A stretch of 64,000 bases of DNA from contig DAITNB010000008.1 of the NCBI GenBank assembly GCA_036834845.1, positions 34,849 to 98,848 of the forward strand, read 5' to 3'. The position numbers and the translations under genes are program-made. The notes under the pieces are model-generated. The model saw only the letters and a list, made by a program, of their open reading frames with translations. It was not told the origin of the DNA and did no database searches. Position 1 is the first letter of the stretch; each line of letters starts with the position of its first letter. The DNA comes from a bacterium (GTDB taxonomy: Bacteria > Bacteroidota > Ignavibacteria > Kapaibacteriales > Kapaibacteriaceae). Positions 49,338 to 58,299 of this stretch are shown here, piece by piece.

Positions 49338-49697
49338 TTAGATACGCTCGAGCTTGGTCTTTGTATACTCTCCACCAGCACTGCCGGTGTTAATGGTACA
49401 GGCCGGCTCGAAGAGCATTACCCAAACCTCTTCGTGTGCTACCGGACGGTGTTCTACTCCGCGGGGGACAACGATGAACTCGTTCTCTCGAACCACAACA
49501 ACGCTGTTGCGAAACTCTATGGTTAATGTACCCTTAACCACCAGGAACATCTCGTCTTCGCTAACGTGATGATGCCAAACAAACTCGCCGGAGAATTTAG
49601 CGAGCTTTACAAGTTGTCCATTGAGTTCACCAACAATTCTGGGCGACCAATGGTCCGTGAAGAGTTGGAACTTTTCGAGAATGTTAACAGCGTTCAT
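49338..49697 (-). CDS. Cupin domain protein
   Basis: WSPRIVGELNGQ.VKLAK..GEFVWHHH..EDEMFLV.KG, VPRGVEHRP. Confidence 0.9.
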   Translation of the reverse strand: MNAVNILEKFQLFTDHWSPRIVGELNGQLVKLAKFSGEFVWHHHVSEDEMFLVVKGTLTIEFRNSVVVVRENEFIVVPRGVEHRPVAHEEVWVMLFEPACTINTGSAGGEYTKTKLERI

Positions 49698-49711
49698 TGC
49701 GTTATCCTCTA

Positions 49712-50626
49712 TCAGAAGCGCACCGCGTATTCTATGTTGGCCAGGAAGGACCGCGTTAATCCGTCCGGACGTGCCTGACGTACGATAAGAGGCGCGGCAA
49801 CACTAAGCTGAATGGATTGATTCCTTGCTACTGCAACCGTCATAAACACATTCACATTCAGCGTAAGGCCACGCGAGCCCGTGATGCTCTCCACAACGCC
49901 ACTGGCAGTTGTATATGTATCCTCGGCAAGGTGATAAATGGGCAACACGCTTGGTGTAATCACAACAGATTCCGACACCGGCAGCGGGTACGAGGCGCGA
50001 AGAAGCACATCGGCCGAACGGTTAAAAGCATTTGTACTCTGGAACGATCTTAGCGCAGAACCAGCCGGATAGAGTTCCGAGAGGAACGCATTCTGGTTCT
50101 GTACGAGTGGTAGCTGCGCTGCAGCAAGCACCTGTAAACCACCAACAACATAACGCACACCAAGAATGGCATCGTAGGTTCCAAGACTGCTTTGATAGTC
50201 CATGGGCAACGCCAAACCATCCAGCGATGTGTTTGCTCTCATGAGTGGAATCTTGCCACCGAGCACAGCCTGTACGTCCGACGTAATGCCATAACGGGCG
50301 CTTACATACACGTCGGATAGTCCAAACTCTGCTACACCGTTGCCGCTTTGCGCAAGCGAGGTAAACTTTACGTCTACACCAAGGTTGGATGTTATCTGGC
50401 GAGAGTACTCTAACGCAAAGCCGAGCACCGTAATCGAGTTGTCTGCGAAGCCATAGTTCAGTCCAAACGTGATGCTGTTCAACGTCTCATCGAGTTCTTC
50501 GGAGGCATGCGGCTCTAATCCACCCATTGTGCAGAAACCAGCATCACTACAGCCCTGGGAAAACACACCTCGTGCGCCGAGAGTAAGCACAAGAAATACC
50601 ACGAGACATCGAACAGCATTCTTCAT
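49712..50626 (-). CDS. Outer-membrane beta-barrel protein (transporter-like) with N-terminal CSDAGFC motif
   Basis: Signal peptide from ATG 50626; GLSDVYV, GGKIPL, YQSSLGTYD, RPDGLTR; C-terminal Phe. Confidence 0.6.
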   Translation of the reverse strand: MKNAVRCLVVFLVLTLGARGVFSQGCSDAGFCTMGGLEPHASEELDETLNSITFGLNYGFADNSITVLGFALEYSRQITSNLGVDVKFTSLAQSGNGVAEFGLSDVYVSARYGITSDVQAVLGGKIPLMRANTSLDGLALPMDYQSSLGTYDAILGVRYVVGGLQVLAAAQLPLVQNQNAFLSELYPAGSALRSFQSTNAFNRSADVLLRASYPLPVSESVVITPSVLPIYHLAEDTYTTASGVVESITGSRGLTLNVNVFMTVAVARNQSIQLSVAAPLIVRQARPDGLTRSFLANIEYAVRF

Positions 50627-50676
50627 CGAGGCGAGTGTACTCTGCACGTATAATGAATCCGATACGAAACGTGAAC

Positions 50677-51195
50677 CTACCACAAGCGATAGCTTAGACT
50701 TAACGCCAAGCTGGGAAGTATAGGGAATTCAAGGTTAAGCGACATATACTGATCGGGCTCTGGCTGAAGTTCAACCTTCTTGTGGCTAAGCTCCACCATC
50801 ACTCCTCCATCGAGTAGTAGGCTAGCAGCGCTGCTAAGTTCAAACTCGTATCCAACTCTGGCATTACCGTAAACGTAGCGATCTTCGTAATACGAGCCAC
50901 TGCTCGTCATACGTATTACACCCGCGCGTACCATCCACGAGCCATAGGGCTGCGTGTTACTGGCCACACCAAACTGAACAAGTCCGTCTAGCATAAGCGT
51001 TAGTGGAGTAGATGTCGTGGGGAAGGTGCCAACGAACACATTCAGACCAAATCTATCATAGTACAACCGAGCGCCTCCGCCGATTAACTCTGGAAATCCA
51101 AGAGCCACATTCGCAAAGCCACGCGTTTGGGCCACGGCAAAGTGCGGACCCATCAGAAGAACGGTCAGCGTCACAATGGTACTACGTAGATTCAT
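50677..51195 (-). CDS. Small outer-membrane beta-barrel-like protein
   Basis: Signal peptide; LGFPELIGGG, VGYEF, C-terminal LSLSYRLW. Confidence 0.55.
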   Translation of the reverse strand: MNLRSTIVTLTVLLMGPHFAVAQTRGFANVALGFPELIGGGARLYYDRFGLNVFVGTFPTTSTPLTLMLDGLVQFGVASNTQPYGSWMVRAGVIRMTSSGSYYEDRYVYGNARVGYEFELSSAASLLLDGGVMVELSHKKVELQPEPDQYMSLNLEFPILPSLALSLSYRLW

Positions 51196-51238
51196 TGTGA
51201 GTGCAATCTACATACTGCCACGCTAGGATGGCACACAG

Positions 51239-52165
51239 CTATTCCGTAACGCGTATAACTACATTGCCCTTCTTTCGTCCGGTGTCTACATACCTGTGGG
51301 CGTCTGCCATCTGGTCGAGCGGATACGTACGGTCGATCACTGCTCTGAAATCGCCCTGTGCGGCGTGTTTCTGGAGAAACCGTAGCTGCTCTCGTGTTTC
51401 CGATGCGTACGCCGGGCCCCCAACGGTTGCAAACACACCATCTGGTGCAAGGAGCTTACTGCATTGTTTCTTCGAAGTAACCCCAACGGAATCAAAGACT
51501 ATTGAGAAGGTGTCCGTTATTGCAGACAGCGGTGTGTTGCGGTAGTTCACCACCCTATTTGCACCCAATTCCTGCGCGAGGGTTGCCCCCTCTTCACTAC
51601 AAACCGCTGTGATATCTGCGGAATACAAACGTGCAATCTGAAGGGCCGCCACACCCACCGAACCTGTTGCACCAATGATGAGCACCTTAGGAGATTTGCG
51701 TAGGTGAATGCCTGCTCTCATAAGAAAGTAGTGCGCCGTTTGACCTCCAAACGGCAGTGCTGCGGCCTCGTCGAAGGTAATGTTTGTGGGCTTGTGAATA
51801 ACCGTGCTGTGGGCGGGCACAACCACATACTCCGCATGTGTTCCAAACCGAAAGCCCGTTAGTCCAAACACTTGGTCGCCTATAGCAAACTCTTTTACGG
51901 CGCCGCCAATGTTCGATACAACTCCGGCAAACACGGTCCCTAAGATGGGCTTGCGGGGTTTCGTAAAACCTAAGGCGCAACGCATTGCAAGTTTCATGAT
52001 TCCCTCTGCTCGCAGAGCACGCACACGAACATCTCCAGAGTTCACAGCGGTAGACACAACCTTAACTTCTATCTCGCCACTCCGTGGTGTTGGTTTTGCA
52101 ACACTCCGAATCTCTAGAACATCCGGTGCGCCATAGGCGGTGCAGAGAACGGCCTTCATCATCAT
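51239..52165 (-). CDS. NAD(P)-dependent alcohol dehydrogenase / quinone reductase-like (MDR superfamily)
   Basis: MKAV.CTAYGAPDVL, VNSGDVR, FGTHAEY, EAAALPFGG, GATGSVG, VIDRTYPL...A.AH.Y...GRKKGNVV. Catalytic Zn ligands are not evident. Confidence 0.88.
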   Translation of the reverse strand: MMMKAVLCTAYGAPDVLEIRSVAKPTPRSGEIEVKVVSTAVNSGDVRVRALRAEGIMKLAMRCALGFTKPRKPILGTVFAGVVSNIGGAVKEFAIGDQVFGLTGFRFGTHAEYVVVPAHSTVIHKPTNITFDEAAALPFGGQTAHYFLMRAGIHLRKSPKVLIIGATGSVGVAALQIARLYSADITAVCSEEGATLAQELGANRVVNYRNTPLSAITDTFSIVFDSVGVTSKKQCSKLLAPDGVFATVGGPAYASETREQLRFLQKHAAQGDFRAVIDRTYPLDQMADAHRYVDTGRKKGNVVIRVTE

Positions 52166-52233
52166 CGTATGCCCAGGAATTGCCGAAAGGGGCAAGTGAA
52201 CGCTCGTGGAATCGAAATGTTACGTTGTTGCTG

Positions 52234-52496
52234 CTTACCCTTCTATCATTTCCCAATGCTGCGTTTGGCGTTCTCGATTGTAAACCATTGCAAGTGAAGG
52301 GGGCGGTAATCGATACCCGTGTGGTATACGGCAACGAAGCGCTTCTGGGATGTCACACTTAGTAAGGGAAGTGCTTGCTCGGGCATTCGGTGATATCCAT
52401 CGGGATATCGTTTATGGGGCACCACGTAGCAAATCATACCGTAGTACATCGTCGCTTCGTAGAGGAAGTGCTTGTCATTGCTGTGCGCGAAGGGTG
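52234..52496 (-). pseudogene. Decayed DUF1801-family gene remnant
   Basis: YEATMYYGMICYVVPHKRYPDGYH..P...LP...V.SQK....VYH.G aligns by eye with the intact 60613-61068 protein. N-terminus is missing and TGA-TAG interrupts the KLDMGK-equivalent motif. Confidence 0.75.
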
Positions 52497-53585
52497 TTAC
52501 TCTTCGTACTGACGTACGTAAAGTGAAGACTCTTCGCTAATAACCAGAGGGTTGTTCACCTTCCATGCAACAAAGTCTGTCCACTTTTTTTCGTTTGCTG
52601 ATTTCCATTCCTTAAACCCATCCTCGTCTGCCTTCATAAACAGCCAGCGATTGTATGCTTCAAACTGACCTGCGTCAATCATTGTACGGTGGTAGCTGAA
52701 GAGAATATTGGGATGCGTAGTGTCGTATCCACTCTTATAGTAGTTCCGTATGAACGAGGTCCGCATTCGTGTAAGGGTTTCCACGTTCACAGTCTTTGCA
52801 TCGAGAACGGCGGTAATTAGCGATCCTTCAAACACCATGCAGAATGGGAGCCTATTTTTGAGAAGTGCCGCGAACTCCTTTTCGTTGACGACAATTTTAC
52901 AGAAGCTAATCTTCGCACTGTCTCCATTAATGGCAATGGAACGTTTATAGGTGTCGAGCAGCAGATTGCTGATCTCGTCCGAGCGTTTTGTACGCTTGTC
53001 GAGATGCATAAACAGCTCTCCATAAAGAACGCCCCACAGCGTATTGTTTGAGTTGCAATACAACTGTGCAATGCGGTAGTAGTTCGAGGGGAATGTTGGC
53101 TCTACTTCTATGCCTCGCTCATACAGCGGCACGGCTTTATCGTAATCCTTGCGGGCTAGGTGAACATTGGCCATCTCTAGGTAGAGTCTGCCAGATTTCG
53201 GATAACGGACAAGACCAGACTTGTACGTTTCGATGGCCTTTGTGGGATTGTTCACAATATCGTAAGCATTGCCCACCATCGAGTAGAACTGGTCTGTGGC
53301 ATCCGGACTAGGCAGGAGTGGCTCTATCAACTCAATCGTCTTCTGGTAATCCCCCGCCAGGTAGTGGGCGTATCCCAGCTCGTAGGTGATGAGTGCAGAA
53401 TTCGGCGCTAACCGCAGGCACTCGTCGAGTATTGTAATACTCTCCTTAATCTTGCCCTCGTCCATTAGCTTTATGGCCTTCATAGCCATTTCGCGCACTT
53501 CCGGAGTTACCTGCTGCGCGCTTGCCGTGATATTGATGCCCAACAATGCAGCGAGTACAACAAGTGTCAAACGTAAACCTGCCAT
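52497..53585 (-). CDS. Secreted tetratricopeptide repeat protein
   Basis: Signal peptide from ATG 53585 (GGAGG RBS); TPRs (YELGYAHY, YSMVGNAY, YERGIEVEP.FPSNYY). Confidence 0.8.
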   Translation of the reverse strand: MAGLRLTLVVLAALLGINITASAQQVTPEVREMAMKAIKLMDEGKIKESITILDECLRLAPNSALITYELGYAHYLAGDYQKTIELIEPLLPSPDATDQFYSMVGNAYDIVNNPTKAIETYKSGLVRYPKSGRLYLEMANVHLARKDYDKAVPLYERGIEVEPTFPSNYYRIAQLYCNSNNTLWGVLYGELFMHLDKRTKRSDEISNLLLDTYKRSIAINGDSAKISFCKIVVNEKEFAALLKNRLPFCMVFEGSLITAVLDAKTVNVETLTRMRTSFIRNYYKSGYDTTHPNILFSYHRTMIDAGQFEAYNRWLFMKADEDGFKEWKSANEKKWTDFVAWKVNNPLVISEESSLYVRQYEE

Positions 53586-53846
53586 GCCCCCTCCCGAATG
53601 CCGTGATAAAATCTGGTACGGCAATCTTAGGAAAAGTCTGCGGTTAAATTGTTGCGCTCAAGTACCAAAGAATCGGGTCCGTGGCCTGCAACTGAACGAA
53701 CCGGCGATTCTCGAACCAGTGTGTTAGCTCTTTTCTTTCCGCGTTGAAATGCCAAACGGCATGTAGAGTGGGCACACGAGGCGCAACGTGTATTGCACCT
53801 GTTTCTTCAAGGGCAACATACCTGCCTGAACACCATCAAGAACACC

Positions 53847-54173
53847 CTATGTGTTGGATGGAGACGATGTTACCACGTACCGCTGTGGTGACGTTTTAGG
53901 AATGCGCTCTAAGACCTTTGTTGCCTCGAGGTGCAGCTTTACCCATTCCGCGTACCAACGCAGCGAACCTTCGATGGAAAATCCCTTACGTTGAAGGGCA
54001 ATTTCTACTGCCTGCACAATCTGCGCAAACGTTGCTGGGCCATTCTCCGCCACGTAGTGAATAATCTCGGAGTGCAACATCCTGTATACGTTGGCATCCA
54101 TAGTTACCGCCTTCTTGCCCTGGGGATGCACTAGTTGAATGCGTGCTGCGGTAGGCGATTCGGTTGTTTTCAT
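53847..54173 (-). CDS. Small conserved hypothetical protein (DUF6958-like)
   Basis: HPQGKK, G..RWY..WVKLHLEA..VLERIPKTSP motif recalled from this family. Start ATG 54173. Confidence 0.6.
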   Translation of the reverse strand: MKTTESPTAARIQLVHPQGKKAVTMDANVYRMLHSEIIHYVAENGPATFAQIVQAVEIALQRKGFSIEGSLRWYAEWVKLHLEATKVLERIPKTSPQRYVVTSSPSNT

Positions 54174-54351
54174 ACAGGGCTCCCGATCCAACTCAGTAGG
54201 GGTGTGTTTTCGCACATGAAAATACGCGAACTACGCGTTGGCGCAATTGGCATCCTACTGGTGCGCATCACAACGCCAACGAGAATTACTCTACGTGTGA
54301 TGACCTTTACCTAGCTTTGACCCACGCTGATATCTGCATTACAACTCGGGT

Positions 54352-55095
54352 TTGAACAACATGCGCTACTTTGGACACATTGTGCACGCGATGGTAGGTG
54401 TAACCGTAGTTTTCACATTCGGTTGCACCAGCGCGTATGTTGGGCCTCGGGCAGGAGTTGCAATTACGCTGCAGGGCGGCGAAGAAACCGGTGCTGTGTC
54501 CTCCTCTTCCAACGGACTGGGCTTTACATACGGCGTTACTGCCGGCGCTGGATTCAACAAAACGCTTGGCGTACAGATTGATCCCAATTTCCGCACCGCT
54601 TCTACTTCGCAGACTGTTGAATATAATACACGCCAAAGCGGTGAAGTCTTCAGGGTAACGGCCACCGCCAATACCGTTGCTACAATCTTCGAAGTGCCTC
54701 TTATGCTTACGTCGCGAAAGGTGGTGAGTGAAACGATTCGGTCCATGTTTGGTATCGGTGCTCACATGGGCTTTAGGACCGGTCTCGACGGAGAGGTTAC
54801 CGGCTCTGCCGTTGGAGTAAGCGCCGGCGTGGACGGACAAGAGGTGCAGCTTCCTACAACTTCTGTTTCCGCTGGTTCAGACGACTCAATCTTAATGGGC
54901 ATCACCGCCATGGCTGCAGGTGATATTGTTCTATCAGACGCGTGGTCCTTACGTGGATCGCTCATGTTTCAGCATGATTTCATGACGGACATCATGAGTG
55001 CCTATGCCTTTGGCGGCAGCAGCGGTCCTGTAGTTTCCGTTGAATACCCACTAACCCGCATAATGATAAACGTATCCCTGTTATTTGGGTTGTAG
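54352..55095 (+). CDS. Outer-membrane beta-barrel (porin/PorT-like) protein
   Basis: Signal peptide; VGPRAGV, GFTYGVTAG, FEVPLML, C-terminal NVSLLFGL. Confidence 0.7.
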   Translation: MNNMRYFGHIVHAMVGVTVVFTFGCTSAYVGPRAGVAITLQGGEETGAVSSSSNGLGFTYGVTAGAGFNKTLGVQIDPNFRTASTSQTVEYNTRQSGEVFRVTATANTVATIFEVPLMLTSRKVVSETIRSMFGIGAHMGFRTGLDGEVTGSAVGVSAGVDGQEVQLPTTSVSAGSDDSILMGITAMAAGDIVLSDAWSLRGSLMFQHDFMTDIMSAYAFGGSSGPVVSVEYPLTRIMINVSLLFGL

Positions 55096-55782
55096 GGTGT
55101 GGGAGGTCCGTGTTTTTTGGGGCGAGTGATCCTTGCCTCATCATCGCTTTGCGGTTGCCTGTGCAACACTACGAGAGTGGTGCGCACCACCGATACCCGT
55201 AGGACTGTTTCTGTTGTTCAATTCGCTACTTCGTTGTAATTCATCACACCTCGGATGCAACCATAGCGCCAGTATCACATCATTCAACGGCCTTTCGCCC
55301 GAATCGTACGAAGCCAATTGGTGTCAACGCAATCGATGTAAGTGACGCACCCATTGTTTCGTATTCTAAGCTGAGCATGGATCACCATACGTTCGGTTTA
55401 CGTAGAAACATCGACCCACTGTGAATAACTGTACTGTCTCTCGCACGTCACACGGATGATGTAATACTTGCATCATAGGCGGCTCCTAGGTAGGCATATC
55501 CTTGTTTGCTCCCTCCTTGTTTGCCTCCCAAATTAATTCTTCAAGGTATCACACCACAATTGAATCACCTTCTTCATCAAGCCATTGCCCAATAGGCGCT
55601 TCTACTGATTCAGAAGTGCCGCTCTTCTTTCCCACATAGCACGTGCAGCAGAGTCACAATTCCGTCGTACTGCATCTTGTTCTGCATCATGATCATCCTG
55701 TGATCGTGTCCGTTTCTTCGTTGAATCACGAGAGACGTATGAAGATTTGTTACAGAGTATGAGTCGTGTTATGACTCTATAG

Positions 55783-56025
55783 GGTCTGCACTCTGGTCCT
55801 GTTGTTGCCGGCATTGTGGGGGCAAAAAAGTTTCAGTACGACATATGGGGCGATACAGTGAACACGGCCGCTCGAATGGAAAGTGCGTGCGAAGTAGGAA
55901 GAGTGAATATCAGTGAGAGTACGTTTCTCCGCGTTGCAGATACGTTTCGGTGCACACATCGCGGTAAGATCCATGCGAAGAACAAAGGCGCTTTGGATAT
56001 GTACTATGTGGAGAGCACTGTGTAA
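55783..56025 (+). pseudogene. C-terminal remnant of a class III adenylate/guanylate cyclase
   Basis: GLHSGPVVAGIVGAKKFQYDIWGDTVNTAARMES....GRVNISEST...RGKI.AKNKG..DMYYV. In-frame TAG at 55780 and no N-terminal half. Confidence 0.82.
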
Positions 56026-56077
56026 TCGGTGGCCGTGCCACATGTCCTTAAACGAGCGTAAAAATGCGTCCAAGCAG

Positions 56078-56656
56078 TTAGTTCTTCTTTTCGAAAATTC
56101 TCGCTCGCATTCTGCTTAGGGATTGCGGCGTTATGCCGAGGAAACTCGCTAACTGATGTTGAGGAACACGCTGCACCAGGTCTGGACGCTTCTCGAGAAG
56201 ACTAACATACCTCTGCTCCGGAGAAGAGAGCTTAAACTCGTCGAAATCCACCCGCTGCTTAGAAAGCACCTCCTCAGCAAGCGCTCGGCACATCAAATCG
56301 AACTTTGGGAACTTCCCATTAATGTCGGCCTCCATATCCGTGTTGGATATGCTGAGAATGGAGTCTTCCACTGCCGATACAAAGTATTCGGAGGGTGCAT
56401 TACTCATTACGCAGTGGGGTGTAAACGCATCCATCTCTGTGTAGAACGCCGTAGTTCTCTCATCCCCGTCAACGATATAGTACGTTCGAATACAACCTTG
56501 GAGCACGAAAAAGCTGTCGCGCGATTCTTGTCCTTCAGAAAGAAGTATGGCACCCTTCTTTACCGATCGGAAAAGGTCGAGCGAACGTATGGCTTCTTGT
56601 TCCTCTTCTGTTAATGCTATGTACTTCGAGATAAACTCGAACAGAATGTTCTCCAC
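56078..56656 (-). CDS. Crp/Fnr family transcriptional regulator
   Basis: FFVLQGCIRTYY..DG.E.T..F cNMP-binding fold; SPEQRY..LL..RPDL.QRVPQHQLASFLGITPQSLSRMR. Confidence 0.92.
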   Translation of the reverse strand: MENILFEFISKYIALTEEEQEAIRSLDLFRSVKKGAILLSEGQESRDSFFVLQGCIRTYYIVDGDERTTAFYTEMDAFTPHCVMSNAPSEYFVSAVEDSILSISNTDMEADINGKFPKFDLMCRALAEEVLSKQRVDFDEFKLSSPEQRYVSLLEKRPDLVQRVPQHQLASFLGITPQSLSRMRARIFEKKN

Positions 56657-56808
56657 TGTTGCCTCCTCAATTGGTACCAGTTGCTGCCTAGACCATGGTT
56701 GTTAGCTAAAGCCATGCTTCGCAGCGGTGGTGGCACGCAATATCTCACTTTCTCGTGTGCACCAATTGATTACGCAACTGTGCAACTTTACATATGCTCT
56801 GCCCCCTT

Positions 56809-57432
56809 CTAGAAATTCATCCCGATGTGTAGGCCTGGTTCCGGGGTGAATTTGGACCACTTGTTGTCTTTCTCTCTAAAGCCAGCTGGCATTTCCGTGT
56901 GGTACACTCTGCCGGCAACACCAAGAGATGGCTCAATAAAGAGCCGGTCTGAGAACAGTTTAACATGATACCCAATTCGCAATGTCGTAAACACATGGAA
57001 GCCATTGGCTACCTTAGCACCGATCTCATTTACAAAGGTTTGCCACATCGGCATTACATGCGCGGCTGCGTAGAGACCCTCCCAGAAGTAATGTTGGTAC
57101 GCTACTCCAACTCCATAGTCCCGAATGTACCCGGGGTATTGCTCTTCGGGGTTACCGTACGCACTGTTTAGGAACGGATTAATTCCTAAGGGCCAGGCGT
57201 ACTTCCACGTGATGAATTCGACGGAGAGTGCGTCTTGGCGGGTTAGTCGATAGCCCACATTTAACTGCGCAAACCCCGGTGGATTTACTGTGGCAAAATT
57301 GCCCAACATAAACAGCGTGCTTCCAACATACCAGCGGTGATACGTGCTGTCTTGTTCGGAATACTGAGCGTATGTGTGAGAGGTGCAAAAAACAATCATC
57401 GCGAGACTGACGTGAACGAGGTACTTCTGCAT
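56809..57432 (-). CDS. Hypothetical outer-membrane beta-barrel protein
   Basis: Signal peptide from ATG 57432; amphipathic strands; ends EPGLHIGMNF. Confidence 0.6.
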   Translation of the reverse strand: MQKYLVHVSLAMIVFCTSHTYAQYSEQDSTYHRWYVGSTLFMLGNFATVNPPGFAQLNVGYRLTRQDALSVEFITWKYAWPLGINPFLNSAYGNPEEQYPGYIRDYGVGVAYQHYFWEGLYAAAHVMPMWQTFVNEIGAKVANGFHVFTTLRIGYHVKLFSDRLFIEPSLGVAGRVYHTEMPAGFREKDNKWSKFTPEPGLHIGMNF

Positions 57433-57567
57433 GTTTTTGGGTGGTTGTTGAACAAGCACGCAAAAGTAGATTGGCACAATGTGCTAATTCATTCACCTAA
57501 GGTAAGAAACGTGGCTCCGCATCAACGCCGTAACTGTCTACAACATTGAAGCCCCCGTTGCACAGCC

Positions 57568-58032
57568 CTATCTGTGCGAACCAATACCATAAGTTCCGGT
57601 GTTGTTATCCATAATAACAGGGATACGTAGTGGGTAATACGTCGCAATTGCGAATATCAACCCCATACCCGCAAACACAACGAGACATGCTTTATTCACA
57701 AATGACGAATGCCGCCATACGGTAGCTACGTGGTACGTTGCATATTGACACGCAATCGCGCCCACAACGTATGATGCAATGTCGATTTGATAAATAGTGC
57801 GCTCGATAATTGCGGTGTAGCCGTAGTACACCACAAGAACCACCGCCTCCAACACCACAACACCAACCAACCTAGCCGCAAAGTAGTTACGAACCAGCCC
57901 CCGTAGGTGTGAGTACTCCATTAAAGCGAGAAGAACCGCAGACCAGTAGCCCAACTTCAGGTGCTCCCACACGCTCTCGTTCACAGGAACGAACAGTCCA
58001 ATAATCGAAGAGTTACCACTCCACCCATACAC
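57568..58032 (-). CDS. DUF6512-like membrane protein (5' end uncertain)
   Basis: LLHYVYGWSG....GLFVPVNESVWEHLKL motif; 4-5 TM. The homologous segment extends upstream of the GTG start. Confidence 0.6.
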   Translation of the reverse strand: MYGWSGNSSIIGLFVPVNESVWEHLKLGYWSAVLLALMEYSHLRGLVRNYFAARLVGVVVLEAVVLVVYYGYTAIIERTIYQIDIASYVVGAIACQYATYHVATVWRHSSFVNKACLVVFAGMGLIFAIATYYPLRIPVIMDNNTGTYGIGSHR

Positions 58033-58299
58033 ATAGTGGAGAAGTACTCCTATGCTAACTATTACTCCAACTCCTGCTCTGGTTCAGCATAGCACAGTTG
58101 CTCTTGGATTACCATGCATGTTCTGCGCCTAGAGTTTCTGAATGATCTCGTCCGGTACTCCAATGGTGGAGTATGACGCAACCTCACTTCCTACTAGCGT
58201 TTGAGCAAGGGTGCACTGCCGGTGGCCTGGATAGGATTTGATGAGATACCGGTGTAGCATAAGAGATGTAGGCATCTTTCACGCACAACAGGTCCCCAC

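Noticed and set aside
58141-58290. 48-aa minus-strand ORF (MPTSLMLH...PDEIIQKL) between the S8 peptidase and DUF6512-like genes
   Set aside because: No recognisable motif or RBS; it may be a remnant but cannot be supported.
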